A stretch of 64,000 bases of DNA, taken from positions 3,459-67,458 of the forward strand of contig DAOUHZ010000161.1 in the NCBI GenBank assembly GCA_034428455.1, written 5' to 3'. Made by a program: the position numbers and the translations under genes. This stretch comes from Dehalococcoidia bacterium (GTDB lineage: Bacteria; Chloroflexota; Dehalococcoidia; Lucifugimonadales; UBA3495). This document shows positions 1 to 8,023 of the stretch, one piece after another (positions within the stretch are counted from its first letter, which is position 1; each line of letters starts with the position of its first letter). Under the pieces are notes generated by a model. The model was not told where the DNA came from, ran no database searches, and saw nothing but the letters and a program-made list of their open reading frames with translations.

Positions 1-1943
1 AATTTTCCACCGCGGACGAGGAGACGCTGGTGATGTTCGCCTCCCAGGCGGCTCTGGTCATCGCCAACGCCCGCAGATACCGGGAGGAGCAACGCGCGCG
101 GAACGACCTGGAGACGCTGATCAACACCTCGCCGGTGGGAGTCGTCGTCTTTGATGCCGTCACGGGAGCGTTGGTGTCCTTCAATCGGGAGGCGAGACGG
201 ATCGTCGACGCGCTGCGTGACCCGACCCAGTCGGCAGAGGATTTACTCGAGGTCATCACCGTGCGTCGGGCGGACGGTCGTGAGCTGTGGTTGGGAGAGC
301 TTCCGCTGGCGCAGGCGCTTCGCAATGCGGAGACCGTGTGGGCCGAGGAGATCGTGCTGGAGGTTCCCGACGGACGGAGCGTGGCGGCGCTGGTGAACGC
401 CACGCCAATACACGGCGACGATGGAGAGCTGATGTCCTTCGTGGTGACCCTGCAGGACCTGGCGCCCCTGCGGGAGTTGGGTCAGCATCGCGCGGAGTTC
501 CTGGCCATGGTGAGCCGGGAGCTTCTGGGGCCCCTCACGTCCATCAAAGGCTCAATCGACACGCTGCTGAACCTTGAGCCGAACCTGGACCGCACTGAAA
601 CCCGTCAGTTCTTCAATATCATCCGTGACCAGTCGGAGCACATGCGCGATCTGGTCGGCGACCTGCTGGACGTGGCGCGCATCGCCACCGGCGACCTGGC
701 GCTGGCTCCCGAGCCCATCGAATTGCGGGCCCTGGTGGAGGAAACGCGGAGACGATTCGACGCCAGCGGTGTCGTGGACAACGTCATCGTAGAGGTTCCG
801 GCGGAACTCCCACGGATCATGGCGGACCGGCGGCGCATGGTACAGGTGCTGGGGAATCTGCTGGGCGGCGCGGCCCGCTTCTCTCGGGAACCCACCGTCG
901 TCAGGGTTTCCGCCGAGCGCCAGGACCCCCACGTGGCGGTGTCGGTAACGGTGTCGATGTCGGAATCGGGTCGCGGCATGAGTGGTGCCGGGCTGCCGGA
1001 CCTGTTCGGCGTCCTGGCGTCTGCCGACGGTCGGGAGGGCGTATGGCCACCCGGCGGCACGGGTCTGGGCCTCACCGTCTGCCGGGGGATCGTGGAAGCC
1101 CACGGCGGACGTGTCAGGGTGGACGACCACGGCCCAGGCCTCGGCTGGCGCTACGTGTTCACCATCCCCACCGCCGACGCAGCGTCTCCCGCCGCCCCCA
1201 GAGCGGACGCTTCCGGTTGCGGGCGAAGTGCCGATACCGCCGTCCTGGTGGTGGACGAGGATCCCCAGGCACTGCGCTACATCCGGGACACCCTGGCCGG
1301 CGCCGGCTACCGTCCCTTGGCGGCGTCGGATGCGGAACAGGCGCTCCATCTGCTGGCGTCGGATCAGCCCAGCCTGGCGCTGTTGGATCTAGGCCTTTCC
1401 GACGCCAATGCCGTCGAACTCATGGACTCGGTGCAGACCACCGCTGATGTGCCCGTGATGCTGCTGTCGGAGTACGGCCGGGACGGCGACATTGCCCACG
1501 CTTTGGAGATGGGCGCCTCCGACTACTTGGTGAAGCCCTTCTCGCCCACTGAGCTAACGGCACGAGTCGGGGCGGCGCTGCGCCGTGGAGTCGATACCCG
1601 TCGTCCGGACCCCAGCGGCCGGTACGACCTAGGCGACCTGTCCATCGACTACGACCTGCGGGAAGTCCGCCTGGCGGGCAGCCCGGTAGAACTCACCGCC
1701 ATGGAGTTCGACCTGCTGCGAGAACTGGCAGCCCACGAAGGACGGGCAGTGACCTACGACCGGATTCTGCGGCGAGTGTGGCGGCGGGTGAACCCGGAGC
1801 AGCGGTCCCTGGTGCGCAGCATGGTGAAGAATATCCGGCGGAAGCTGCGGGACGACATGGTAAGTCCGTCGTTCATCGTCACCGTCCCACGCGTTGGGTA
1901 CCGCATGGGCGCGCGCGACCCCACCAGCAACGACGGCGAGTAG
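1..1943 (+). CDS. Hybrid two-component protein, 5' end cut by the window edge: GAF (C-terminal part)-PAS-DHp/HATPase_c-like-receiver-OmpR/PhoB winged helix
   Basis: The frame of ORF 30..1943 stays open back to nt 3 (FSTADEETLVMMFASQAALVIANARRY looks like a GAF end). DHp-like EFLAMVSRELLGPLTSIKG. G2 box GGTGLGLTVCRGIVEAHGG. Receiver VLVVDEDP / LALLDLGL / YLVKPF. C-terminal LTAMEFDLLRELA...VTVPRVGYRM. Confidence 0.8.
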   Translation, partial: FSTADEETLVMFASQAALVIANARRYREEQRARNDLETLINTSPVGVVVFDAVTGALVSFNREARRIVDALRDPTQSAEDLLEVITVRRADGRELWLGELPLAQALRNAETVWAEEIVLEVPDGRSVAALVNATPIHGDDGELMSFVVTLQDLAPLRELGQHRAEFLAMVSRELLGPLTSIKGSIDTLLNLEPNLDRTETRQFFNIIRDQSEHMRDLVGDLLDVARIATGDLALAPEPIELRALVEETRRRFDASGVVDNVIVEVPAELPRIMADRRRMVQVLGNLLGGAARFSREPTVVRVSAERQDPHVAVSVTVSMSESGRGMSGAGLPDLFGVLASADGREGVWPPGGTGLGLTVCRGIVEAHGGRVRVDDHGPGLGWRYVFTIPTADAASPAAPRADASGCGRSADTAVLVVDEDPQALRYIRDTLAGAGYRPLAASDAEQALHLLASDQPSLALLDLGLSDANAVELMDSVQTTADVPVMLLSEYGRDGDIAHALEMGASDYLVKPFSPTELTARVGAALRRGVDTRRPDPSGRYDLGDLSIDYDLREVRLAGSPVELTAMEFDLLRELAAHEGRAVTYDRILRRVWRRVNPEQRSLVRSMVKNIRRKLRDDMVSPSFIVTVPRVGYRMGARDPTSNDGE

Positions 1944-2361
1944 CGGCCGAACATTCAGGCGTCGCGTCAAATGTCCGTGTCCGAAACGGCCGCCGGCGGC
2001 AATAACGAAACGTGCGAAGGTCAACCCACTGCCCGACTGGGTCCGGGTGAAGCATCGGCGGTCAATTGAGCGCCCGTGACTTGTGTGGTCCGCCGGTGAT
2101 GTGGTTTCCGGCAAGTCCCGTCGCAACGGGAGTGTGAACCAATGTGGCACTGGCCGTCGCAGGCCCCCAAGGTCGACCATTAGCGCGGGGCGCACCAGCC
2201 CGGCAGCGGCCTCGTCCGCAAGCAGCCATGCGAAAATCGCCACCCGAGGAACCGCGGTCTACCTGCGCCCGGGCTGATGCTTGACCTCACGGGTAAACTG
2301 TGGTGATGATGTAATCGCCTGACATGGCCTCGGGAGTCCCCAGTCACTGCGGGGATGACCG

Positions 2362-2396
2362 CAAAAACCCCGCCGATTATTTCGACGGGTTTTTTT
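2362..2396. terminator. Bidirectional intrinsic-terminator-like hairpin
   Basis: AAAAA-CCCGCCG(2369-2375)-ATTATTT-CGACGGG(2383-2389)-TTTTTTT. 7-bp stem with one G-U pair, an A-run upstream and a T-run downstream. Confidence 0.3.
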
Positions 2397-2742
2397 GCTG
2401 CTGGTTCGACTCTAGCCGAACGGCGACATAGCGGCAATCGGTGGCTACGGTCACAATTTCCATGGCTGTCGGCATCAAGACGTCCCGTAGCCGGTACTCC
2501 TGAACCAAGCGAATCTCCGCTGGGCAGCACTTCAATGCAGCTACGACATAACCTAACCTCTCCAAACCAGTGGACGGCCACCCAACCGGCGTCGCCGCCG
2601 GACCACCGCTTTCATCGCAACGGCGCCCTGTGGTGCCGTTTTTGCATCAGCAATTTTCTGCCACAGGGCCACGAAAACGCTCCCGGAGGCCGTTTCCGCC
2701 CGAAACTGGGGCATTCTGGCAGCCTTTGTCAGGACCACGGCA

Positions 2743-3156
2743 TCAACCAACCCGCGAAGGACAACACTGTCCGCAGCGTGCTCCTCGGTTTCTGACCCAC
2801 CGCGACGCCCCTGTGCGAACAGAGCAACCGGAACTGTGGCGGTCAGCTCCGTCGACTTCGTCGATGCCGAACACCAGCAGCTCGGTGGAAGAACCCAGGC
2901 GGCCAACCACCACCGGCAACAGCACCCGGCTCAGTTGCAGCGGCTCCCACCGGGCACGGTTGAGCGCCTGGTGAAAGACGGCGCAGTCTCCGCTCTGCCC
3001 CATCCCCAGGATGCTCAGCGCGGAGGAAACCGTGCGCTTGCCGGGAGCAAGGATCGCTCCCACCACCAGGAGTTGGGCTTTGCGCCAGGTCGTGCGGTCG
3101 AACAGGTGCTCAAAGGGGAACAGCAGGGTTACAATGACGGCGGGCAGGGTAGTCAT
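2743..3156 (-). pseudogene. N-terminal fragment of a DDE transposase (IS701/IS4-superfamily-like), truncated after about 100 aa
   Basis: MTTLPAVIVTLLFPFEHLFDRTTWRKAQLLVVGAILAPGKRTVSSALSILGMGQ...FHQALNRARW...LSRVLLPVVV...LLVFGIDEV matches my recollection of the N-terminus of this transposase class (...GKRTVT.ALRVMGL...YHRVLNRA.WS...LVLGVDET). Similarity stops there and no DDE core follows. Confidence 0.5.
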
Positions 3157-3360
3157 GCTTGACCTCTTGTCGTGATTTGGTCAAGCCTACCCTGTCCTTA
3201 TAACTTTTCTAGTTTTTATACAAAGTCGAGCCGGCAACACCGACATGCAGGAACTCCCCGTCAACCTGTACCACCGACTTGTAGACTCCCTCGCTTACGC
3301 CGCTTGAAATGCGCAAAGCCCAGCTTGAGCAGCGAAGCAGAGTGTTGGCAGTGCAACACA

Positions 3361-3392
3361 GCGCGGCCCCACCCCTCCGGACGGGGCCGCGC
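3361..3392 (-). terminator. Stem-loop downstream of the Hsp100 gene
   Basis: Perfect 10-bp GC stem GCGCGGCCCC(3361-3370)/GGGGCCGCGC(3383-3392) with a 12-nt loop, 25 nt after the stop at 3417. On the minus strand it is followed by TGTGTTG, a weak U-tract. Confidence 0.5.
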
Positions 3393-3416
3393 CCACTAGC
3401 AGGTCAGGGCAGCAGC

Positions 3417-5903
3417 CTACGCCACGCCCGCCAGCTCCCGCTCGCCCTCCTCGTGCGCACCAGAGGCAACCCGCAGCGCCAGCCCGTCGCCAGCCTCGTT
3501 CACGTCGGCGATGATGTGGTCGCCCTCCTTGAACTCGCCGGAGAGGACGCCCCGGGATAGCTGATTTTCGAGGTGCCGCTGGATGGCCCGGCGCAGCGGA
3601 CGCGCCCCGTAGGTCACGTTGAACCCCTCGTTCACCAGCCAGTCGCAGCCGGCCTCGGTCAGTTCGCAGGTGATGTCCCGCTCCGCCAGCCGCTGCTGCA
3701 CCTCGGCCACCATCAGCCCGACGATCTCGCCGATCTGCGCCCGGCTCAGCGGGTGGAACACGATAGTCTCGTCGATGCGGTTCAGCAGCTCCGGCCTGAA
3801 GGCCCGCTGTAGGGCGTCCCGCACCGAGCGCGCCAGCTCCGGCGTCACCTTCCCTGCCTCCTGCTCCCGGTCGGCGGTGGGCCCCAACCCGAAGGGTCGA
3901 TGGGACAGGTCGCCGGTGCCCAGGTTGCTGGTCATGATGATCACCGTGTTGCGGAAGTCCACCGTGCGACCCTGCCCGTCAGTTAGCCGCCCGTCCTCCA
4001 GGATCTGCAGCAGCAGGTTGAACACGTCCGGATGCGCCTTCTCGATCTCGTCGAACAGAATGACCCGGTGGGGCCGCCGCCGCACTGATTCCGTAAGCTG
4101 CCCGGCGTCGTCATAGCCCACGTAGCCGGGAGGCGCGCCGATCAGCCGCGACACGGTGTGCCGCTCGCCGTACTCCGACATGTCCAGCCGGACCATGCTG
4201 TCCTCGTCATTGAACAGGAACTCCGCCAGCGCCCGGCTCAGCTCCGTCTTGCCCACCCCCGTGGGCCCCAGGAAGATGAAGCTGCCGAAGGGCCGCTTGG
4301 GGTCGTTGAGACCCGAGCGCGCCCGGCGGATGGTGTCCGCCACCGCTCTGATGGCCTCGTCCTGCCCGATCACCCGCTGGTGCAGGTGTTCCTCCATGTG
4401 CAGCAGACGCTCGGCCTCGCCTTCCATCAGTTGGCCCACGGGGATGCCCGTCCAGTTGGACACTAGCTCGGCGATGTCCTTTTCGTTGACCACCAGGTCG
4501 GGCCCCGTGGTGTGCTCGATTGCCTCATGCTCGGCGCTCAGCTCGCTCTCCAGGCGCAGCCGCTCGGTGCGGTGCTGGGCCGCCCGCTCGTAGTCGGACA
4601 TCTGGTTGGCCCGCTCCTCGAGATCGATCAGCTCCCGCCGCCGGTTCTCAATCTCCTGCAATTTGGGCGGCAGCATGCCCGCGTCGATGCGCACCTTGCT
4701 GCCCGCCTCGTCGATGAAGTCGATGGCCTTGTCCGGCAGATTGCGGTCGGTGATGTACCGGTCGCTCAGGCGGACCGCCGCCTCGATGGCCCCGTCGGTT
4801 AGCGTCACCTTGTGGTGGGCCTCGTAACGGGGCTTCAGCGCGTGCAGGATCTCCAGCGCCTGCTCCGACGTCGGCTCCTCCACGTACACTGGCTGGAACC
4901 GCCGCGCCAGTGCCGGGTCACGCTCGATGTGCTTGCGGTACTCGTCCAGTGTCGTCGATCCGATGGCCTGCAGCTCGCCCCGGGCCAGCGCCGGTTTGAG
5001 CATGTTGCTCGCGTCCAGGCCTCCCTCGCCGGCTCCGGCGCCCACCAGCGTGTGCATCTCGTCCAGGAAGACGATCACCTCGCCGTTGGACGACGTCACC
5101 TCGTCGATGACCGACTTCAGCCGTTCCTCGAACTCGCCCCGGAACTTGGCTCCCGCCACCAGCCGGCCCATGTCCAGCGCCATCACCCGCTTGTCGTGCA
5201 GCGAGTCGGGCACGTCGTCGCAGATGATCTTGCTGGCCAGCCCCTCTGCGATGGCGGTCTTGCCCACGCCGGCCTCACCGATGAGCACCGGGTTGTTCTT
5301 GGTGCGCCGGGTCAGCGTCTGCATGACCTGCCGGATCTCCTGGTCGCGGCCCACCACCGGGTCCAGCTTGCCGATGCGCGCCAACTCGGTCAGGTCCACG
5401 CTGTACTTCTCCAGCGAGCGGTACTTCTGCTCCGCGTCCTGGTCCTCCACCCGGTGCGAGCCGCGCAGCTTCTGCATGGCCTGGTACACCATCTCCTGGT
5501 TGACGCCCAGCTCCCGCAACAGCCGCGCCGAATCGCCGGCGTCCTCCCGGGCGGCGGCCACCAGCAGGTGCTCCACGCTTATGAACTGGTCCTTCAGCCG
5601 CTGCGCCTCGTCGTCGGCCGCCTGCAGCATCCGCTGCAACCGGGGCGTGATGAAGATCTGCTGCGCGCCGGACACCACCTTGGGAGCCGAGTCCAGCGCC
5701 TGGTGCAGCCGGCTCTTGACCACCTCGGCATCAATGCCCAGCTCCCCGAAAATCCGCTCGGGCAGCCCGTCCTCCAGCGCCACCAGGGCGAGCAGCACGT
5801 GCTCCACGTCCCACTGGCTGTGCTGGTAGTTGCGCACCAGCTCCTGGGAGCGTTGCAACGCCTCCTGCGCCTGTCTCGTGAATTTATCCGCGGTCATCAC
5901 CAT
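3417..5903 (-). CDS. AAA+ Clp/Hsp100 unfoldase (ClpB/ClpC family; ClpC-sized middle domain)
   Basis: Two AAA+ modules: Walker [14 protein letters not shown] and [13 protein letters not shown]; Walker B IVFLDEMH and [11 protein letters not shown]. Two Clp_N repeats. 80-aa middle region with a UVR-like [14 protein letters not shown]. Lies 6 nt downstream of hspR. Confidence 0.9.
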   Translation of the reverse strand: MVMTADKFTRQAQEALQRSQELVRNYQHSQWDVEHVLLALVALEDGLPERIFGELGIDAEVVKSRLHQALDSAPKVVSGAQQIFITPRLQRMLQAADDEAQRLKDQFISVEHLLVAAAREDAGDSARLLRELGVNQEMVYQAMQKLRGSHRVEDQDAEQKYRSLEKYSVDLTELARIGKLDPVVGRDQEIRQVMQTLTRRTKNNPVLIGEAGVGKTAIAEGLASKIICDDVPDSLHDKRVMALDMGRLVAGAKFRGEFEERLKSVIDEVTSSNGEVIVFLDEMHTLVGAGAGEGGLDASNMLKPALARGELQAIGSTTLDEYRKHIERDPALARRFQPVYVEEPTSEQALEILHALKPRYEAHHKVTLTDGAIEAAVRLSDRYITDRNLPDKAIDFIDEAGSKVRIDAGMLPPKLQEIENRRRELIDLEERANQMSDYERAAQHRTERLRLESELSAEHEAIEHTTGPDLVVNEKDIAELVSNWTGIPVGQLMEGEAERLLHMEEHLHQRVIGQDEAIRAVADTIRRARSGLNDPKRPFGSFIFLGPTGVGKTELSRALAEFLFNDEDSMVRLDMSEYGERHTVSRLIGAPPGYVGYDDAGQLTESVRRRPHRVILFDEIEKAHPDVFNLLLQILEDGRLTDGQGRTVDFRNTVIIMTSNLGTGDLSHRPFGLGPTADREQEAGKVTPELARSVRDALQRAFRPELLNRIDETIVFHPLSRAQIGEIVGLMVAEVQQRLAERDITCELTEAGCDWLVNEGFNVTYGARPLRRAIQRHLENQLSRGVLSGEFKEGDHIIADVNEAGDGLALRVASGAHEEGERELAGVA

Positions 5904-5909
5904 ATCCGG

Positions 5910-6293
5910 TTACCTCCTGGTTGCGTTATTCCTGCGGGTTGGATTATTGCGGGGACTGCCGCCGCCAGACGCATTGTGTGCGGCGCGCAGTCGTTCCACC
6001 TCGTTGGTCAGGGCTTCCACCTGACCTTCCAGCTCGGTTATCCGGTCGATTAGTTTCAGCGCCACCTCGGCCCCGGCCAGGTTCACGCCCATCTCGTCGA
6101 CGAAGGTCTTGATCCGGCGCAGCCGCTCCACGTCGGCCATGGAGTACAGCCGCTGGCGCCCTCCCGAGCGGGACGGCATCACCAGCCCCACCCGCTCGTA
6201 GTAGCGCAGGGTCTGCGCGTGCAGGCCCACCATGCGCGCGGCCACGCTGATGACGAAGCAGGGTTCGGTCGTGAAGTTCTGGTCCGGCGTCAT
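5910..6293 (-). CDS. hspR: MerR-family heat-shock repressor HspR
   Basis: ISVAARMVGLHAQTLRYYERVGLVMPSRSGGRQRLYSMADVERLRRIKTFVDEMGVNLAGAE is the HspR-type HTH plus GVNLAG motif. I prefer the ATG at 6293 (MTPDQ), preceded by GGAGG, 16 nt after the J-protein stop. Confidence 0.8.
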   Translation of the reverse strand: MTPDQNFTTEPCFVISVAARMVGLHAQTLRYYERVGLVMPSRSGGRQRLYSMADVERLRRIKTFVDEMGVNLAGAEVALKLIDRITELEGQVEALTNEVERLRAAHNASGGGSPRNNPTRRNNATRR

Positions 6294-6309
6294 CGTGCTT
6301 CCTCCTGCG

Positions 6310-7215
6310 TTATTCCGCGTCGCGCAGCTGTTCAAAGAGTTGGCGCTGCTCGTCCGTCAGGTTTGTTGGCAACGACACTCTGATCTCGGCGTACAGGTTG
6401 CCCCGGCTCTCCGGATCGCTCAGCTTCGCCATGCCCTGGCCGGCCAGCCGGAACCGCCGGCCGTTCTGCGTCTCCGGCGGCAGCGTCAGCTCGATCTGAC
6501 CCCGCAGCGTCCTCACCGTAGCTATCCCGCCAAGCACGGCATCCAGCAGCGGCACGTCCACCGTAGTGTGCAGGTCATCGCCCTGCCGTTCGAACTGTCC
6601 GTGGGGCAGCACCGTGACCAGCAGGTTGAACTCGCCGCCGGCGCTGTTGCCCGCCGCGATATGCACCCGGCCCCCGTCGGCGATGCCGGCGGGAATCTTC
6701 ACCTCCAGCCGGCGCCCGTCGGGCAGGTTCACCAGCCGCGTGGTTCCGTGGTCGGCCTCCTCCAACGTGATCTCCACCGGCACGTCGGCCGGCCGCGACC
6801 GGACCCGCTCGCCCCGGAACTGCTCTCCTATGTTGCCGCCCATCTCGGAGGCGAAACCGCCCAGTCCGCCAAGCAGGTCCGATAGCGTCGCCCCGCCGGT
6901 GGAAAAGCTGAACCCGCCCGGTACGCCTCCGCCGAAATTGCCGCCCCGGAAGAACTGGGAGAAGTCGGCGCCGCCCTGCTGCTCAAAGTGCTCCGCCTGC
7001 TCCCAGCGGTCGCCGTAGCGGTCGTACTTGCCGCGCTTGTCCGCGTCCGACAGCACCTCGTAGGCGGCGTTGATGGTCTTGAACCGCTCCGCTGCAGCCT
7101 CGTCGCCCGGGTTTACGTCCGGGTGATGCTGTCGCGCCAGCCGGCGATACGCCTGCCGGATCTCCTTTTCGTCCGCGCTTCGGGACACGCCCAGTATGTC
7201 GTAGTAGTCAGCCAT
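6310..7215 (-). CDS. J-domain co-chaperone, class II (CbpA-like DnaJ without zinc-finger domain)
   Basis: MADYYDILGVSRSADEKEIRQAYRRLARQHHPDVNPGD contains the HPD motif. A G/F-rich region and a C-terminal substrate-binding domain follow. There are no CxxCxGxG repeats. Start taken at ATG 7215. Confidence 0.85.
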   Translation of the reverse strand: MADYYDILGVSRSADEKEIRQAYRRLARQHHPDVNPGDEAAAERFKTINAAYEVLSDADKRGKYDRYGDRWEQAEHFEQQGGADFSQFFRGGNFGGGVPGGFSFSTGGATLSDLLGGLGGFASEMGGNIGEQFRGERVRSRPADVPVEITLEEADHGTTRLVNLPDGRRLEVKIPAGIADGGRVHIAAGNSAGGEFNLLVTVLPHGQFERQGDDLHTTVDVPLLDAVLGGIATVRTLRGQIELTLPPETQNGRRFRLAGQGMAKLSDPESRGNLYAEIRVSLPTNLTDEQRQLFEQLRDAE

Positions 7216-7250
7216 TGCGGTGCCTGCCTGCACTGAATTGTTCGTATGCC

Positions 7251-7267
7251 CATCATATCAAATGATG
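7251..7267. promoter_or_regulatory. Inverted repeat CATCAT-N5-ATGATG overlapping the -10 of the operon promoter (candidate operator)
   Basis: Perfect 6+6 palindrome read directly: catcat atcaa atgatg. Confidence 0.4.
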
Positions 7268-7280
7268 TCGTCCCCTTCAA
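7252..7280 (-). promoter_or_regulatory. Sigma-70-like promoter of the J-protein-hspR-Hsp100 operon
   Basis: Minus strand reads TTGAAG (7280-7275), a 17-nt spacer, then TATGAT (7257-7252). This lies about 35 nt upstream of ATG 7215. Confidence 0.5.
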
Positions 7281-7286
7281 TAATCT

Positions 7287-7303
7287 GATGCACTTATTGC
7301 ATC
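7287..7303. promoter_or_regulatory. Inverted repeat GATGCA-N5-TGCATC just upstream of the hsp20 -35 (candidate operator)
   Basis: Perfect 6+6 palindrome: gatgca cttat tgcatc. It ends 5 nt before TTGACA. Confidence 0.35.
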
Positions 7304-7308
7304 TTTAC

Positions 7309-7337
7309 TTGACAATAACCTATCAACTTTGTATAGT
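7309..7337 (+). promoter_or_regulatory. Sigma-70 consensus-like promoter of hsp20
   Basis: TTGACA (7309-7314), a 17-nt spacer, then TATAGT (7332-7337). About 70 nt upstream of ATG 7408. Confidence 0.6.
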
Positions 7338-7407
7338 GGCATCACCGGCCGAAACAGCGGCCAACAAGATCCTCGGCCACCGCGCCGATGACCCTGGAGG
7401 AAAGAAT

Positions 7408-7887
7408 ATGACGACCGTACAGCGATTTGACCCCTTCCGCGAGATGCGCCACTTCAACCGTCTGTTTGCCAACCCGCTGTGGGCTGCCCACCGCTGGGCC
7501 GATCCCCGAGACGGCCGTGTGGAACACGCCGGCGAAGCCTGGTCCATCCCCATGGACGTATCCCGCAACGGCCAGCACCTTACCGTGACCGCGTCTCTCC
7601 CCGGATTTGCGGCCGGCGACGTGGACGTGTCCATCAGCCCTGACCGCGTGCTATCCGTCAAGGCCGCGCCCCAGTCGGAGGCGAGCCACGAGGGCGAGGA
7701 GTACCTGATGCGTGAGCGCCGCTTCGGCAGCTTCTCCCGCGCCATTCGTCTCCCCAGCGACCTCAGCCTGGACGACGCCTCCGTCGCCCTGGAGCACGGC
7801 GTGCTCACCGTGACGGTCCCCGTCGCCGAGGCCGCCCAGACCCGGCGCCTGGATATCTCCGGCCCGTCCGGCGCCGACGCCTGCTAA
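7408..7887 (+). CDS. Small heat-shock protein, Hsp20/alpha-crystallin family
   Basis: Alpha-crystallin domain: IPMDVSRNGQHLTVTASLPGFAAGDVDVSI...FGSFSRAIRLPSDLSLDDASVALEHGVLTVTVP. ATG 7408 is preceded by GGAGGA. The long upstream extension in the ORF track covers the promoter. Confidence 0.85.
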   Translation: MTTVQRFDPFREMRHFNRLFANPLWAAHRWADPRDGRVEHAGEAWSIPMDVSRNGQHLTVTASLPGFAAGDVDVSISPDRVLSVKAAPQSEASHEGEEYLMRERRFGSFSRAIRLPSDLSLDDASVALEHGVLTVTVPVAEAAQTRRLDISGPSGADAC

Positions 7888-8023
7888 ACGCGGGCAACAC
7901 GCCTAGCGCGACAGATTGGAGGCGGGGTAATTCCCGCCTCCAATGTTGCGCCGTCTACCGCCCTGCGTCATAATTCGTCGCACTTGTCGCGCAACGTACG
8001 CCGACGAGGAGGAGGGGATTCTT

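Noticed and set aside
2090-2215. Cobalamin-riboswitch-like fragments on the plus strand (CCGTCGCAACGGGAG, GGCACTGGCC...CCCCCAAGG, AGCCCGGCAGCGGCC).
   Set aside because: The conserved GGGAA / CCGGTG-AA-CCGG core and a proper B12 box (AGCCAGGAGACCTGCC-like) are not present. No downstream plus-strand gene exists either. Only an Infernal scan with RF00174 could revive this.
2377-2906. Possible frameshifted PIN/VapC remnant on the minus strand (…AEIRLVQEYRLRDVLMPTAMEIVTVATDCRYVA…).
   Set aside because: The resemblance rests on a few residues only, the acidic catalytic residues cannot be placed, and the upstream part has no PIN-like N-terminus.
4812-6053. Long ORFs antisense to, or overlapping, real genes. 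Examples: 4812-6053(+), 11026-12927(+), 16571-17527(-), 17660-19234(-), 22001-23419(+), 25544-26722(-), 27446-28549(-), 36668-38020(+), 39043-40194(+), 44615-45862(+), 52638-53726(+), 55973-57508(+), 59175-60227(-).
   Set aside because: Each lies opposite a gene with clear domain motifs. Their translations are Arg/Gly/His/Pro/Ala-rich with no recognisable motifs, which is typical of shadow ORFs in high-G+C DNA.
7234-7407. Canonical HspR operator (HAIR, CTTGAGT-N7-ACTCAAG) or CIRCE in the heat-shock intergenic region.
   Set aside because: Neither consensus is present. The best partial match is CTTGA-N10-TCAA, with the wrong spacing. The two other palindromes are reported as a finding instead.
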